Shown: positions 12,759-26,587, numbered from the stretch's first letter. The stretch is 64,000 nt of DNA from Geosiphon pyriformis uo1 (GCA_016748015.1 JAAOMT010000503.1:880923-944922); one strand, 5' to 3'. A program made the numbers and translations. Notes: generated from the letters alone by a model not told the origin.

Positions 12759-13263
12759 TTTTTTTTTATTAAACATTTAATAAATGTAGCCCAACCACTA
12801 CCTAAACTATAGCAATATACAAAATCCTATATTAAGCATGGTTCATGCACTTCCTATATGTAACTAGTCACCCAAACCAATTAAGACAACATTAAATACC
12901 TAAATCACTAATTACTGAGAAGTTACCTAAAAAACTAAAATATGTATTGAATAAACGAAGATATAAACCATAACATACGTAAATACCTAGTCTAATACCA
13001 AAATCAAAGATCACATTGGGAGACCACAAGAAAGCCAGACCAGATACCACTGGTATTATGAACCCATCATGTGACAAAAAATCACACTTCTCATAAAGCA
13101 CTCTCAACTTGGTAGTTAGCAGCCACATAGTAGATTTATGACCCTCAGTAAAGCTTTGGACTAAACCAATGACTAAAGACTTACTGTTAGAGCTACCATC
13201 TAGCAGATAAACTGTATTATCCACTCAATCCTTTAAAACAAAGCTCTTGGCTAAGGACATATA
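12759..13263 (-). mobile_element. LINE copy 2, segment 3 (C-terminus, 3' UTR, poly(A))
   Basis: ORF 12892-13224 resembles the C-terminus of the copy at ~2900-3260. T-run at 12759-12767. Joins in frame to 28650 when the pogo element and one TA are removed (DCLYMSLAKSFVLKD). Confidence 0.85.
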
Positions 13264-13517
13264 CAGTAAATTCTCTCTAGTGTCCTTCTGATTATAGTTA
13301 TTATCTTCTTATAATCACATTTTTTTAAAAACCAAAACTATTTATATATAATATTATCTCCTTATAGTCACTTTTACTATATATATCTCCTTATAATTCT
13401 TATCTCCACAAATATGATAGCAGAATATAAGTAATTTTTACTCTCTATAGTCATATTATAATTATATGATATTAGATATAAACATCAGATGTCATTTCAT
13501 ATTTAATCAGACATGTA

Positions 13518-15710
13518 CAGTCAGGAAAATTTCCCGATTTGTCAATGGAAATCATTTTTTTTATGGTAGTAAAAAAAATTAGAGAAGTTTCTGGAAACAA
13601 TTGTAGAACATTAAACAAAATTTCTGAAATATTACAACATTCAATTACTCTTCTTCTTTATAAGCCGCCATTACCATCAGAAGACAATAGTAGAACTATT
13701 ATATCTGGCTTGTTGTTTGTGGGTATTATGAGAGTTTTAATAATAGTTAATATATGGTACAGTACTGCTGTTCTTGGTACTTTGGAGACTGGTGATACTT
13801 TAGAGACTGGTAGTGCTTTAAAGGCTGTTGCTGCAGGTAGCAATGAAGTTACTCTGGATCAAACTTTAACTAATGAGATTATTTTTTCTCCATATTGGAA
13901 GAAGAAATTAACAGACCTACAAATGAAAATAATAGTTCAATGGGATCCTCTAAGAACAAATTTGTTAATGGAACATTGCTCGAGCAAATCAACTGGAAAC
14001 AGAGTTCGAATTTATCTTTTCTTAGGAAGAGAAATGTAATCAGTAATAAAACTCAGAGCATAAGAATTCCGATATATACCCAATAAATACATTTTCACAC
14101 CAACTTTGACATTTGTGATTAAAAAAAGACTCCATACTAGCAATCATATTCATTATTTGACTAATATTTAGTATTAGTGAGCAAAAGTTTGACTGATAGT
14201 TTTAAAGATATATTAAAAATCAACTTTTTTGGGACAAATAAATCCATGTTGAATGCTTTTCATAATCCAAACATAATCATGCAAAATAGAGATTTAGACT
14301 TAGACTCAACATATCATGTTTTAAAAATGCCAATTATAAATGGTAATATATCCAACCCAAAGTAAACAAAACTGTACACAATACAATATATTTCTAACTT
14401 CTTGAAAGATATTTATTAGGCTGTCACACAATTAACTTGATAAGCTTCGAAAACATGATCATTTAAAAAAGGTATTAAAAAGTTAATAATAGGTAATAGT
14501 TGTGATTTTATTAACAGATTTATATTTTTTGATGATCTGCTTCTTTACTTGTTACTGGAATTGGTTTCCAAGTATCTAACAATGTTTTTTTAATTTGTTT
14601 TGCTTTAAGAAAGTTTATTCTTTTCATCTATGCAATTTCATTGAATTTTTTTATTTCTTTACTTAATATCTATTCATAGCTAATATTATAAAAAACATAA
14701 TTAGAGACATTTGGATTTACAAACTATGTCTTTCTTATCTGAACTTGAAATTGATTTGATTCAGCAATAAAGCTAAGACATGTATGAGACCTGTGTATTT
14801 CATTTTTAGAATATCTAATAACATTAAAAAGATTAGTATGCAATCTTTTAAATTTGATACAGTTATGCACTGCAATTTCCCAATGCTGTTGTAAAGGTAT
14901 AGAAGGAATTAACAATTTGAGCATTTTGTTAATTTCTTCAAATATTGCATCATGGTCTTGATGTTGATTTAAAAGTTTAGATTGAGAAATTACAATTCTT
15001 TCTTGAATCAGCTTGCAAACTTCAGGCTTCAATCATAGCTATTGTTCTTCATTAGCAATTTCAATTAATTAGTAAATAAGATAGCACCAAGCAGACCAAA
15101 TTGGTGCAAACATTTGTCTAGCTGCAAGTTTTAATGAAAACCTATTAAAACAAATTCCAATATGAAAGTTAATAATTGTTTGTAAATAAAAAAAGACTTG
15201 TTCATACTTTAATCTAAACATGAGATCTGTTTTATTTTGGGCCCATTCTAAATAATCTTTAACAGATAGATTTTCTTTAGAAACAACATATAGCCACATT
15301 AATTCAGAAGCCATTACATGTCTATATATATTACATATTAAATTCCATGACTTATGATGATCAGAACATTTTTTAAAAAACTGCAGTTGACTTTTACTCT
15401 GATATCCCTGACATTGTGCAAAGTATTTTATATCAATATTCCAATTAATATAGACATTGCTGTGTTTAAAGAGCTTGACAACATAACATTGTGCTATCTT
15501 CTATGCAATTATGCAAGTATGTAGAGGATTAAATTAACAGCTTTTATTATTAATTATCAGTTGGGGATAAGAGGCAAAAAGTGTCACAGATGTATTATCA
15601 AAATTAGGTTTCTTTTTACCAAGAATCTGTTATTTGCACTTAGAATTCTACAGTTGAATTAAAACCTTCATTTTTATAATTTGGCCATTTTTTATAATCT
15701 GAGGCACCTC
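13518..15710 (-). mobile_element. Truncated putative Academ-like DNA transposon fragment inside the pogo 5' region
   Basis: Decayed minus-strand protein WNIDIK..GYQSKSQLQFFKKCSDHHKSW..AARQMFAPIWSA..HQDHDAIFEEINKMLK. The D-x3-E-x2-N-K motif resembles Academ transposases. One candidate terminus CAGTCAGG at 13518; the other end was not found. Confidence 0.45.
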
Positions 15711-16330
15711 ATATGACATGAGACACTTCACATGTCCGATTAGATATAAGGCAAAATGACATTTGAGACATAACAAATACATCAATACATTATAAAAGCA
15801 AAATGCAATAAAAAGTGTGTTCTTATTAACATGCCAAAAAATGCAAACCAAAAGCAAGCAGCAATCTTCTTAGAGACTAAAAAGGCTCTCTGCTAGTACA
15901 AACTAGAGCATTCTGACTACTTAGCAAATAGACTTATTGAAATATTTAATCTAAAGGTTGACCACTCCACTGTAACAAAGATACTCGTAAAATCAGTTCG
16001 ATAGATTGAAAAAAATGTATCTGACAACTCTGGTCAATTGACAAAAAACAGGAAAGAAATGTTTTCAAAGATAAATGATGCACTAGGAGAATGGATGCTT
16101 GGAGCACTAGCTACCAACTGTATTCTTACTGGAAAAATTTTACAAATGAAAGCTCTCAAGTTTGCTGAAAAGTTTCCAGAAAAAAATAACTTTAAAGCAT
16201 CAAATAGTTGGTTAGAAAAGTTCAAAAAACATTATAATTTGCATCACATTAAGATGCATGGCAAAGCAAACAGTGCCCCTTTGAAAATTTTATCAAAGGA
16301 ATGAGAGAAACTGTGTGAGATTATTAGTAA

Positions 16331-17182
16331 TATTACAGATAATTATTTGGGGTCTCAAAGCAAATAACAAATCTGTAACTTGGTGCTGGATTGGTATTTT
16401 GGTGTTAATATCTGAAGGTTTTGTTGATCTGAAGATTTGTTGTGGAGTTTTTTGTATAATGAACAGATATTTAATAGTTGTTTTCAGTAGCCTTCTGGAA
16501 TCACAATTCCATCAAATTTCTTTTTCAGCATGATGGCCAGTAATTTTCCTGGTAAGCTATTCTTAAATCTATGAGTGTTATACTCTTGTTTCACAGGTCT
16601 TTTACCAGTCCCTATGATGTTTGTATCTTAGTGCTTAATTCTTAATCAATTAGTCAACCAAAAAGAAATGCAAAAAAAAAAAATAAAAGAAAATAAAGAA
16701 ATGAATAAAAGCAATTACAAATTAGTATTCTGTCAATAACTATGATCAAGAGCTATTGTTCTAGTGTTGTTAAGTATCAATTACTATCAACATAAAGTGT
16801 TGATAGTAGAGAGTGAATTTAAGATAGAGAATAATTATTTATTGATATTTGTAAATTGGAAGGTTGCTTAGATGAAATCTAAACTGGGAGGTCTGTCTTT
16901 TTTACTTTTAATGCTACTGCTATATATACATAATTGAGATTCCTCAATTCCTCAATTCCTCAATTCTTTACCCCAAAAATTCTGGAATTTTTGGAATTTT
17001 GCAATTCCTTTTGAGAAAAATTCTGGAATTCTGGAATCCTACAATTCTTTGTATGAGAATCTTGAAATTCCTGGAATCTTGCAATTTCTTTTGAGAGGAA
17101 TCTTGAAATTTCACATTTACTACAGCTACTTCTGATTGGCTAATTTATATGCTAATATACTTCCTATATTTTATGAGTAATA
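16331..17182 (-). repeat. Family A 3' LTR
   Basis: Direct repeat of 26590-27443, mostly transition differences. Adjacent PPT AAAAGAAAGGAATAA on the minus strand. Confidence 0.95.
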
Positions 17183-17195
17183 TTATTCCTTTCTT

Positions 17196-17864
17196 TTAAT
17201 ATTGAGTTCCATCAAGATCTCCCAAATTTCCTGACTCTAATTCTCTGTCATTGAGTATTTCATGAACTTTTTTTTCAAGAATTACTTGGGTTATCTTGTT
17301 CTGTAATTTTTCAAATTGGATGTTGGTTATTTTTCTTATTTGGTTAACTGTGATGAAGTTTAATTCCAGATTAAGTAATACTTCTGGTCTGTCTTGAAAT
17401 CTCATATGTAGCCTATAGATGGCTCTTGTTTGTGTAATCAAATTGTTCTTTCCTACAAATTGTTTCAGTTGTTGTAGTATTGTTGTGTCGAATAGTTATT
17501 TTGTTTTATTCATGTATAAGTTCTGAATATTCAAGTATTGTTCCAAGTAGAAATAACAAAAGTTTCTTGGAAATTCGTGTATCCATCATTTCCAAGTTTC
17601 TTTGGTCAACTCTTGATATGTGGTGACATTTGTTGGTTTTTCTATTGCTATTTTTATTTTTGAAACCATTTTGTCGATGGTGTTTTCTGTTTTTTTTTGA
17701 CTTTTGTATTTGGGTCTTCTTCTGGTATCTCAGTATCGAATAGTTTGTTGATTGATGGTAATTTCTATATTCTGTTGTTGAATCAATTGGAAGAGTTGTT
17801 GTGCTAATGAGTGGATATTGTTAGTGATTTCCATTTTTCTGAAGTCTTTCATTACATCTACCAT
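17196..17864 (-). pseudogene. Accessory ORF3 of Gypsy A (unknown function)
   Basis: Lies downstream of the integrase stop (17895). Aligns without gaps to the same-position ORF in family B. Confidence 0.7.
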
Positions 17865-17894
17865 GTTTTTATATACTTTTTTTATTGTTTCATT

Positions 17895-20800
17895 TTATGT
17901 GTTTGGTCCAATAATTATGATTGGTTCCAGATCTTGTAGAATCTTATCTGGTTGGACTAATATTTGCTGTACTCCTAATTGTGGAATATTACTGGTAGAT
18001 GGTGATACTATATGGTGATATGGTTTCAGTTGATCACCATGTGCTGCTTTGGCTAAGATTTTGTTGTCCCATCTTAATTTATAAGCTCCATTTCTAAGAA
18101 TTTCTTTTATGTGAAATGGTCTGTCCCATTTGGAGTCAAATTTTTCACTTCATTGTTTTTCTACTTTAGTATGATGTAAAAGTACTTTGTCTCCAATCCT
18201 AAATTCAACTGGTTTATCTGGTAGTTGGTTATTATGTCTTTCTTTTTGTTTTTTCTGTAATTTGTGTATGTTATTAGCTGCTCTTTGCTATTTGTTTTTT
18301 AGTGTTTTCATCAAGTCATATGTTTTTCTTAGCAATGTTGTTACTAGTAGAATTTTAGCTATTAATTAGCATGAAATTACCCTCATAATTCTTATTATTA
18401 ATTAACATACATTATTATTATTTCAATTATCACTTATTATTTAATCAAATTATTAAATATTATTACTCAATCAATAATCTGATTTGTACTATAGAAATTA
18501 AGATGATCAAATTACACAATATCCTGAACCATTTAATATAGTCAAAATTTGCCAAAATTAATGGAAAATCGCCGAAATAATCAATAATTTGTAGAAATAA
18601 CTTGTAGTTTGCCGAAATGTATCTTTAGTTCACCCAAATTATAGAAAAAAAAAAGTGCAAGTTCAGAGACTAGTACTACAACAAGTTATATAAAAAAAGA
18701 GCTTTTCTCTTCAAGAAAATGTACTCTCACCATATTCTTCTCATATCTTACCATAGTATTTTACTTTAGATATCTTAATTAGAACAAATTACTTTTTACA
18801 AAATCAAATAAAAAAATTAAATATTTGAAAACCAAATTCTTAAATTATTACACTTGAAATTCTCTCAACACAACTAACGTTTTGAAATTGATTAGCTACC
18901 AATTTCAATAATTTGTTAGTGACTTCAGGTCTGGATAGAAAACGTTTCCCTTGATAAAATCCTATTTTTTTACATTTTTTTTATTTTTCTTTTATCTTCT
19001 TATCATAATCATTAGGGTAGTCCACAGACAAGATTCCTGTAAAAGAGTTGACTTTCACAGCAAAGTAATTACACATTTTTAGTGAGCTTCCAAATGAGCA
19101 ATACCTGGGAAAGAGTTAACGTTTACTACAATGTAACTACACAAAGCAACTGGCACAGAATTAACCATTCTACTTATAAGCCCAGCAGTTCAAATTATAG
19201 GAGATAATTTGAAGATAAATTCAGTTATTGAAGGTTCAACTACTTCTAAAAAAACATGAATTTACAACAAACAGACATTAACAACATTAAAGAAAAGAGA
19301 CCAAAAACCTTCAGTAACAACATTTTCTGCAAATTGTCCTCAGTTATTGGTTCTGTTGAATAAGTATTAACTTCTATCTCTACTGGTAATGTTGCTGTTC
19401 TATCATATACTAATTCAAATAGTGTTGCTTGTATAGTGTCTTGCTTCATTGTCTAATAAGCAAACAATACTGATGGTATAAACAAATCCCATTCATCTTG
19501 GTTTTTTTGACTGATTTTGGTAATTGCTTTACACAATGTTTTGTTAAATTTTTCAACTAACCCATTTGTTTGTGGATGGTATGGTGATGATAATAGTCTT
19601 TTTATCCCAAATCTTTGACTTAATTCTGCTAATGTTCTATTCACAAAGTGAGTTCCTTAATCAGATAATAATTTTTTTAGACATTCATGTCGACAAATCA
19701 AGTCTTGATGAATGAATTCAGCAACAGATTTTGCATCTGCTTTTTGAATGGCTTTTGCTTCTGGCCATTTTGTAAGATAATTCATGGCTACTGCAATATA
19801 TCTGTTGCCTTTGCTAGTGATTGTTAATGGTCCAACTAAGTCAATTCCAATGCAATCAAATGGTTGTCCCACTTTGATTGGTTTCAATGGTTCACTGGGT
19901 TTTGTTCCTCCTCTTTTCTGACAAACATCACAATTTTGTACATATTGGATGATGTCTGAATACATTGATGGCCAATAATATCTTTTTTTGGTTTTTTTCA
20001 TGGTTGCTTCTTTATGAAAATATCCTGCTGTTGGATCTGAATACATGTTGAATAATATTGTCTCCTTTTCTGGTTCTGTGATTACTCTGGTTGGTTGATC
20101 TGAATTTCTTCTGTTCTTCTGGTAAAGTATATTTTGATGGTTAATAAAATATTTTAATTGTTGTTTTATGTTTCTTTGTTCTTATTGAAATAATTTCTCC
20201 TTGAACAATTGGGTATTTATATAATATTGAAGTTGTTAATATTTTTGTATATTCATCTTTTGTTATATTTTTGGTTTGAAATGTTTTTAGATTTGTCTTA
20301 TTTGTGACAAACCATTGGCATTTCCATTGTTTTTTCTCTTTTTGTAATGTACTGTATAATTGAATGGTGAAAGTTTTATTTTCCATTTGGCATAGTGGTC
20401 ATTTCCAAATTCTTGTTTCTGAATTGAAGTCAATCCTTTGTGATCAGTGTACATCTCAAACTTTTGACTCAAGTATTCCTTCCACTTGATAACAGCCCAA
20501 TAAATGGCTAAGTGTTCTAGTGCTGGAGTTCCATAGTTCTTTTCAGCTGGACTTGAACTTCTACTGGTATAAGCTACTGGGTATTCTCATTCATTAGATC
20601 CTTTCTGAGATAATACTGCTCCCAATGTTTGACCAGATGTATCAGTTGTGATTATGAATGGCTTGCTATGATCTGAGTAGATCAGTACTGAAGCTTGAAT
20701 AAGCTTTCTTCTTAATGTATCAAAAGCTTCTTACTGAGTTTCTGTCTATTTATATTTGGTGTTTTTTGTTTGGAGCTGATGCAGTGGTTGAGCTATTTTG

Positions 20801-23800
20801 GAAAAGTTTTTGATAAAGTGGTGGTAGTATTCAGCAAATCCCAAGAATGCTCTTAATTCTGTGAGATTATTTGGTACTGGAAAGTTTTTGATGATTTCAA
20901 TCTTGTCTGGATCCGTTTTGATTTCATTTTTGTTCACAACATGCTCCAAAAACTTGAGTTCAGTTTTTCCAAAGAAACATTTGGTTGCATTTAGCTTTAA
21001 TCCAGCTCTTTTTAGTCTTTCAAACACTTGTTGAAGATAATGCAGATAATTATTGAATGTTTTTGAAAACATATTGGTGTCATCCAAGTATACAACTACT
21101 GATTTCCATAGTAGCCTAATATAAACAATTTCTATAAGTCACTGGAAAGTAGTTGGGGCATTTATTAAGCCAAATGGTATTACTTCAAATTCAAAGTTTC
21201 CTTCCCAAGTTGTAAAAACCGTTTTCTCTTTGTCTTCTGGTTTTATGACTACTTGCCAATAACCACTGTCTAAATCTAAAGTTGAGAACCATTTCTTCTC
21301 TCCAAAAGCATTGAACAGCTCTTGAATCTTTGGAGTTGAGTAGCTATTACCTTTGATTACTCTATTCAATTTCTGGTAATCTACACAAAAGCAGATTTTC
21401 CCATTCTTTTTTCAGACTAGTACTATTGATGACAACCATGGACTCATTGATGGTTGAATTAACCCGTTGTCAAGTATCTGATTAATTTCTTGACAAATAA
21501 TCTCATAGCTGGCTGGTAGTACTCTGTATGCTCTTTGTTTAATTGGCATTGTATTTTCTGTTTTGATCTGGTGTTGGATGATGTTGGTTCTACAAAATTT
21601 ATTTTCACTGGCAAAGATATCATTAAAGTTGTTAAGCAATATCTTGAACTACATACATTGAAATGAGTCTAAGTTTCCTATGTTCATCTGTTTCAACTGT
21701 TCTGGTTGAAACAGATAACATTTTTCTTATCCATATATTGTTTGTGATGTAATATCTACATATCCACACAGTTGTGAAAAGTCTGGAATGGTATCTGGAA
21801 GTTGGTTTTCAATTTCTGTGGTCAAGTATCCAATAGTAGTTCCTGCCGGTATCTTAATGATATCTCCTGTGTTGTTGTAAATGGGGATTTTGATATGATT
21901 GTGGCTTTTTGCTGGTATGTATAAGTTGACTAATCCAATTTCTCCTGATTCACAAAGTGTTGTTTCTGCCTCAAAAATTTGAACCTGATCCCTTATTTTT
22001 TTCTCTATGACTACCATATACTAGTCATATAATGGAATAGAAATTAATTGACGAATAGAGATTATTTTTTCTTTGTCAACTATTTCTTTCTCTGCCATAT
22101 TGACTGGTATATCTATTCTACCTGTGGATCCAAATTCCTGTATCCCTCTAACTATGATTCCTAATTCTTCTCTGTTTTTCACTGACACTAACTGAGCTAT
22201 TTTCACCAAAGATAAGAATATTGCTTGTGCTATCTTTTTATTTGGATCTATAATATATGCCTTTTCTGAGTCATTTTGTAGCATAGCAATAATATTTCCT
22301 ACATATCCTGCATTAATTATTCTTTTTCTGATGTTGATTCTCTTTTTTGCTAAGCTATTCCTAGATGCTAACTAAACTATTGTTGTTGCTGGAATTTCCA
22401 ATGTTATTTTTAGATCAATACAGGTGCATGAATATGGTTCCAATTTAATGAGATTTTTTCCCAGATATCTCAGATCAAACTCTGCATCAGTATTATATGT
22501 ACGTTCTGGCATAATACCTTTATTATTATTATTGAACCATTTCAGTTCTTGTTCCTTGTTAAGATCAGAGAGTACAATATATTGTTCGGAGTTTAAATCA
22601 GAGTTTAAATCACTATATTTTTCATTGCCACATTGAGCAAAGCTGGAACTGTTGTTTTCATTGTTATCATTATCAGAGTTTGAATTGGGATTGAAAGTTG
22701 ATTCCAATTCTGATGTACAGCTGCTGATTGGTTCTTCTTCTTCTGGGATTGTGTAGATCATGCAAATTGGTGGATTGTAAATGAGATCATACTCATTACA
22801 ATATTAAAAGTCACATGAGATTAAACAGTGGTCACATAGCTGAGTGTTTATTTGGATCAAATGCTGCTCTTGTTTTTTTCTTGTTGGTGCCAAATTTTGG
22901 TAGTGTTTATAGAATTCTTCTGGGCCTGCTTCCAGATTCAAAAAAGCATCTGGGTTGGAAATCAGAACAATATTAGCTGGCTCCAGAGAGTTGTTCTTGA
23001 TTTCTAATATTTTGTTGAACATAATGCCTTCTACTTTGACATTTGCCATATGTCAGATCTTGTTCTTGTTGTGTAGATACTCATTCAAACAATTGATTGT
23101 TTGGTGCCAGACTGCAGTAATAGGTGTTCTACAACTCACCCAGTCACTGATAAGAATTGTGTATTAGCACGAAGCATCACACATTCCTCCTTGCCCAGGA
23201 ATATCATTCCACATTTCTTTGCTGAACAACTGTTCACCACAAGTGAAACATGGTTTGTTGTCCCATTTTCCTTGACATTTTGGGTAACCGTATCATTTTC
23301 TATGGCATGGCTTATAGTAGTAATGTGTGCATGTCCAGTAGTTTTTGTCTGGTGCCATCTAAGCTTCCATAGAAGAAAGTTTCTTCCCACAGTCTTTACA
23401 TTTGAGAGGTATATATGGCAGTTTTTTTATTGGTTTTTGTGAATATTCTTTTTTTCAACCACTAGTTATTTCTTCTGTGATAGTGGTTTTTTTGGGTAGG
23501 TCTTCTTCCTTCCTTTTTTTTTTCTTTTGTCAGTTTCTTCTCATTCCCAGGTTGGTAGTTTGTCTGGGCTGTTGTTAGTTTCCCAAGTTTGTTCTGTATT
23601 CTAGGTAAGTTTTTTCTTTTGTTTTCCTTTGTTGTTGTTGTCCTAAAAGAGTATTGGCAGTAGTTTGTTGTGGTCTTCATCAGCCCATGACACTTGATAA
23701 GCTTCCCAAGTAGATTTCTCTCTTTTTTTCTTGAAGTTGATGAGTGGCCACATCATAGTGCTGGATCTGAAATGGCCACACATTGCTGGTATTCGTGTGT

Positions 23801-26540
23801 GTTGGCCATTTTGACTGATTTGCAACTCTTGAGTGGTCCAGTCCAGTGTCACATTGGTTTTGAATAGCCAGTTATTGCCAACTAGAGCTTAATACTGAGT
23901 GGCTTTTATGACTAATACCTTAATCAGTATAATGATGCCATTGACTTCAATGGGTAGGACATCTATTTCACTAATTGGAGTCTTGGTGGCTCCATCAGTG
24001 GTAAATATCCTTGCACTGGCAGCTCAATCAACTCAGCAACTTAATTGGTTCATGAGCTGTCTTGTGATAATGCTGCCAGCTAATCCACTATCTAAGATCA
24101 GTTTAATGAACTAACCATCAATTTTGGCATCAGTGTATATCACCATAATGGGTTTTTCCTCAAGCATGGTTTTACTAAACAAAAAGATTTTTGTTGGTTC
24201 CTCAATTTCGAAGAGAAATATAACTGCTAGAGACTCATCCTCCATAATGGTGACAGATGGTATGTTGCTGGTCAGTGATTTCTAGTTTGTTTCTAAGTTA
24301 TTAGATGGGGCATCTTTTAAAGTAACCAGAAGACTTAAATAGTTCTGAGAACTCAGATTTTGGGTATATCTAATTCCTAAACTTTGCTGTCGTAATCCTA
24401 ATGGCTAGTTGAATGAACTAAGAATTAGTTTGTGAACAACCATCGCCAATCTCCAGTTTTGGGTGACTCTAAATTTAGGGTTTCCTGATGTCATTTGAGC
24501 TGGGTTTGATGGTGGTGTTTGAACTGATGATTGTTGATATATTACTTGTGGCTGCAGTTAATAAATAACTGGTGTTGTCAGTTGATAGAGTGGAGCTTAA
24601 TATACCAGTAGTTGATAGATTGGCTGCTGCATCACTAGTAGGTAATTTGATTGATATATTTCTAAGTTGGGTTGATATCTCAGAGTTTGGAACCAGTGAT
24701 CAGGGTTTTGATATTGATTTCTTAATCATTGGTTATCTATCCTTAACTTACAGTCAATTTTTAAATGCCCTTGTTTACCACAGTAGTGGCAAACATACAT
24801 CTTCTGCTGCCACTGTTGATTGGTCAAGGATAATAGACATGACTGATTCTGGGAACAATTTGTATTTTCTTGATTATTACGTCATTGTGGAGGTTGATAG
24901 ATTGGTCTGATTGTTAGCTAAGTACCCCTTTAATTTTTGGTTGATGGAATTACTGAATTGTTTCAACTTAAAATCCAATTCAAATGATCTGTTCATTACT
25001 AGATTGACAGCTTGGACATGATTGGCTTCAAGTTCAGCTGCTTCAAAATCTCTGGCATTTGTAATAGTGGCTTAAAGATCTGCTGAATGCATTGGATGTA
25101 TGTGTTGAAGGATACTACTGCACAGTCCCTGAATGAACTGGTTTAGAATCTGAGGTGCTGTAAAATAGTCAGCTTGGATTACTTGGATTTGGTGTAAGTT
25201 TCTGTGGAAATGTCCCAAGTAAGTAGTAACTGCTTCAGTTTCTCTTTGTTTGATAGTGGTGAAAGTGTTGGTTAGGCAATTAATACTGTTATTATTACTG
25301 AAATATCTCAGGAATACAACTTTAAATTCCTGGAATGTTTGAGGTTTAGTGACTAAACTTTGATATCATGAATTGGCAGTATCTTGCAAAAAATAGAAGA
25401 TGGTTTGAAGTGCTCTTGCATCATTTTATCCATTGGCTGTAATGGCTTTTTCAACATCATTGAGCCATATTTGGGCATCATCTTTTTTGCCAGTGAATTT
25501 CTCGAGTTTTGCTATTGGAGTGTAGGCTATTAGATCCAAGTTTGGTTGTTAAAGTTGTTGTTGTGGCTGTTGAAGTGGCTGTTGAGATTGTTGGAGTGGT
25601 TAAAGTGACTGTTGTTGAATTGGTTCAATAATCAATTCAATTAGTGGTTGATTGATGACAATTACTGAAGGTAAGTTTTACTGATTAATTGTTTCAAAGT
25701 TTGTATTGTTCAGATTTTGAGGAGTTTGAAAGTTTGAAGTTTCAATTTTCAGATTTTTTAAATTTGGATCTTGCTGAGTCTGAAAGTTTGGGGTTCTAAT
25801 GTCTGGGTTTTTTGAAATTGGTTTTTGATAAATAAATTCTTGATCTTCAGCTTCTTCTTCTTTCTCTTTCTCTGATTCTGTTATCTCCTAGAGACTTGTA
25901 TTTCCGAAATCTGGTTGAGGTGGCAGTAATCGGAATCCTGATGGTGTTGGCAATTACAATTTAAATCCTTCAAAATAATTGCTATAGGTTCCTAGTAATT
26001 CTGCTTTCTTTTGTTTACTTTGAAATAGAAGTCATTCAAATGTTGATGTTATGTTTGATGTGGATGTGTCTGTTGATGAAATGTTAATGGTGCTTCCAGG
26101 TGTATAGTGGTATGATGAATTTGTTGGTGATTTAACTCTGGTTTTCTTTCAAGTGAGTGGTTGTATTTGTTTTGGTGTTACTGCTGGTGTTTGCAATCTT
26201 CTTTTGTCTTTGTCTGCATATGTGATTGGGAATTATTGTTGTGTATATCTTTTAATGGTTTGGTTTATTTCCCTAATGATCGGTGCAAAACTGTAGTTCT
26301 TTGGTAAGCTGGTATATTAAAATAATTCTGTATAAAAATTTTTTCTTGCAGATTCAATGTTAACTGTTCCTCCTAAACAGTCTGTAATTTTGTCATTGAT
26401 GTAGAAGTTGAAGGCTGATTCTGCTGAGAAGTGGTTATTGGTTAATTCTAATTGTTGGCTATATTGTTAAAATAAAGATTTCACAAATCCTAAATGGTTT
26501 GCTCCTATTCTTTTTGATTCTGTCACTTTTGGGATTGGTG
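17895..26540 (-). pseudogene. Gypsy A gag-pol remnant: gag, aspartic protease, Cys-rich domain, dUTPase, RT, RNase H, integrase
   Basis: IAKLEKFTG (gag); LILDSGLAG (PR); DAEFDLR..KKIAQ..RGIQEFGS (dUTPase); LDLDSGYWQ and YLDD (RT); YTDHK (RH); CDVC, IGIDLVGPL, PYHPQTNGLVE (IN). Many stops. Confidence 0.92.
18339..19319 (+). mobile_element. Solo LTR of family B inserted in the Gypsy A integrase C-terminus
   Basis: TGTTAC...GTAACA; reverse complement of the LTRs at 31111 and 40093. Flanks ATGT and ACAT. Removal restores LQK(T)LLRKTYDL. Confidence 0.92.
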
Positions 26541-26570
26541 TAGTTGATGCTAGTTCTCTGTAGGATTATA

Positions 26571-26587
26571 CTTCACAGGGAGCACCA
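26571..26587 (-). promoter_or_regulatory. Primer-binding site of Gypsy A (TGGTGCTCCCTGTGAAG)
   Basis: 2 nt downstream of the 5' LTR and starts TGG. Complementary to a tRNA ending GAGCACCA, as in eukaryotic tRNA-Ile(UAU) (inferred). Confidence 0.75.

Noticed and set aside
16315-16533. Plus-strand ORFs in LTRs (also 26544-26876, 40309-40575) and antisense ORFs over gag-pol
   Set aside because: They arise from LTR duplication or antisense shadows of biased codons; no domain evidence.
16930-17110. GGAAT(T/C)C-type repeats as a CRISPR-like array
   Set aside because: Irregular short repeats inside an LTR U3 region, with no unique spacers, in a eukaryotic context.
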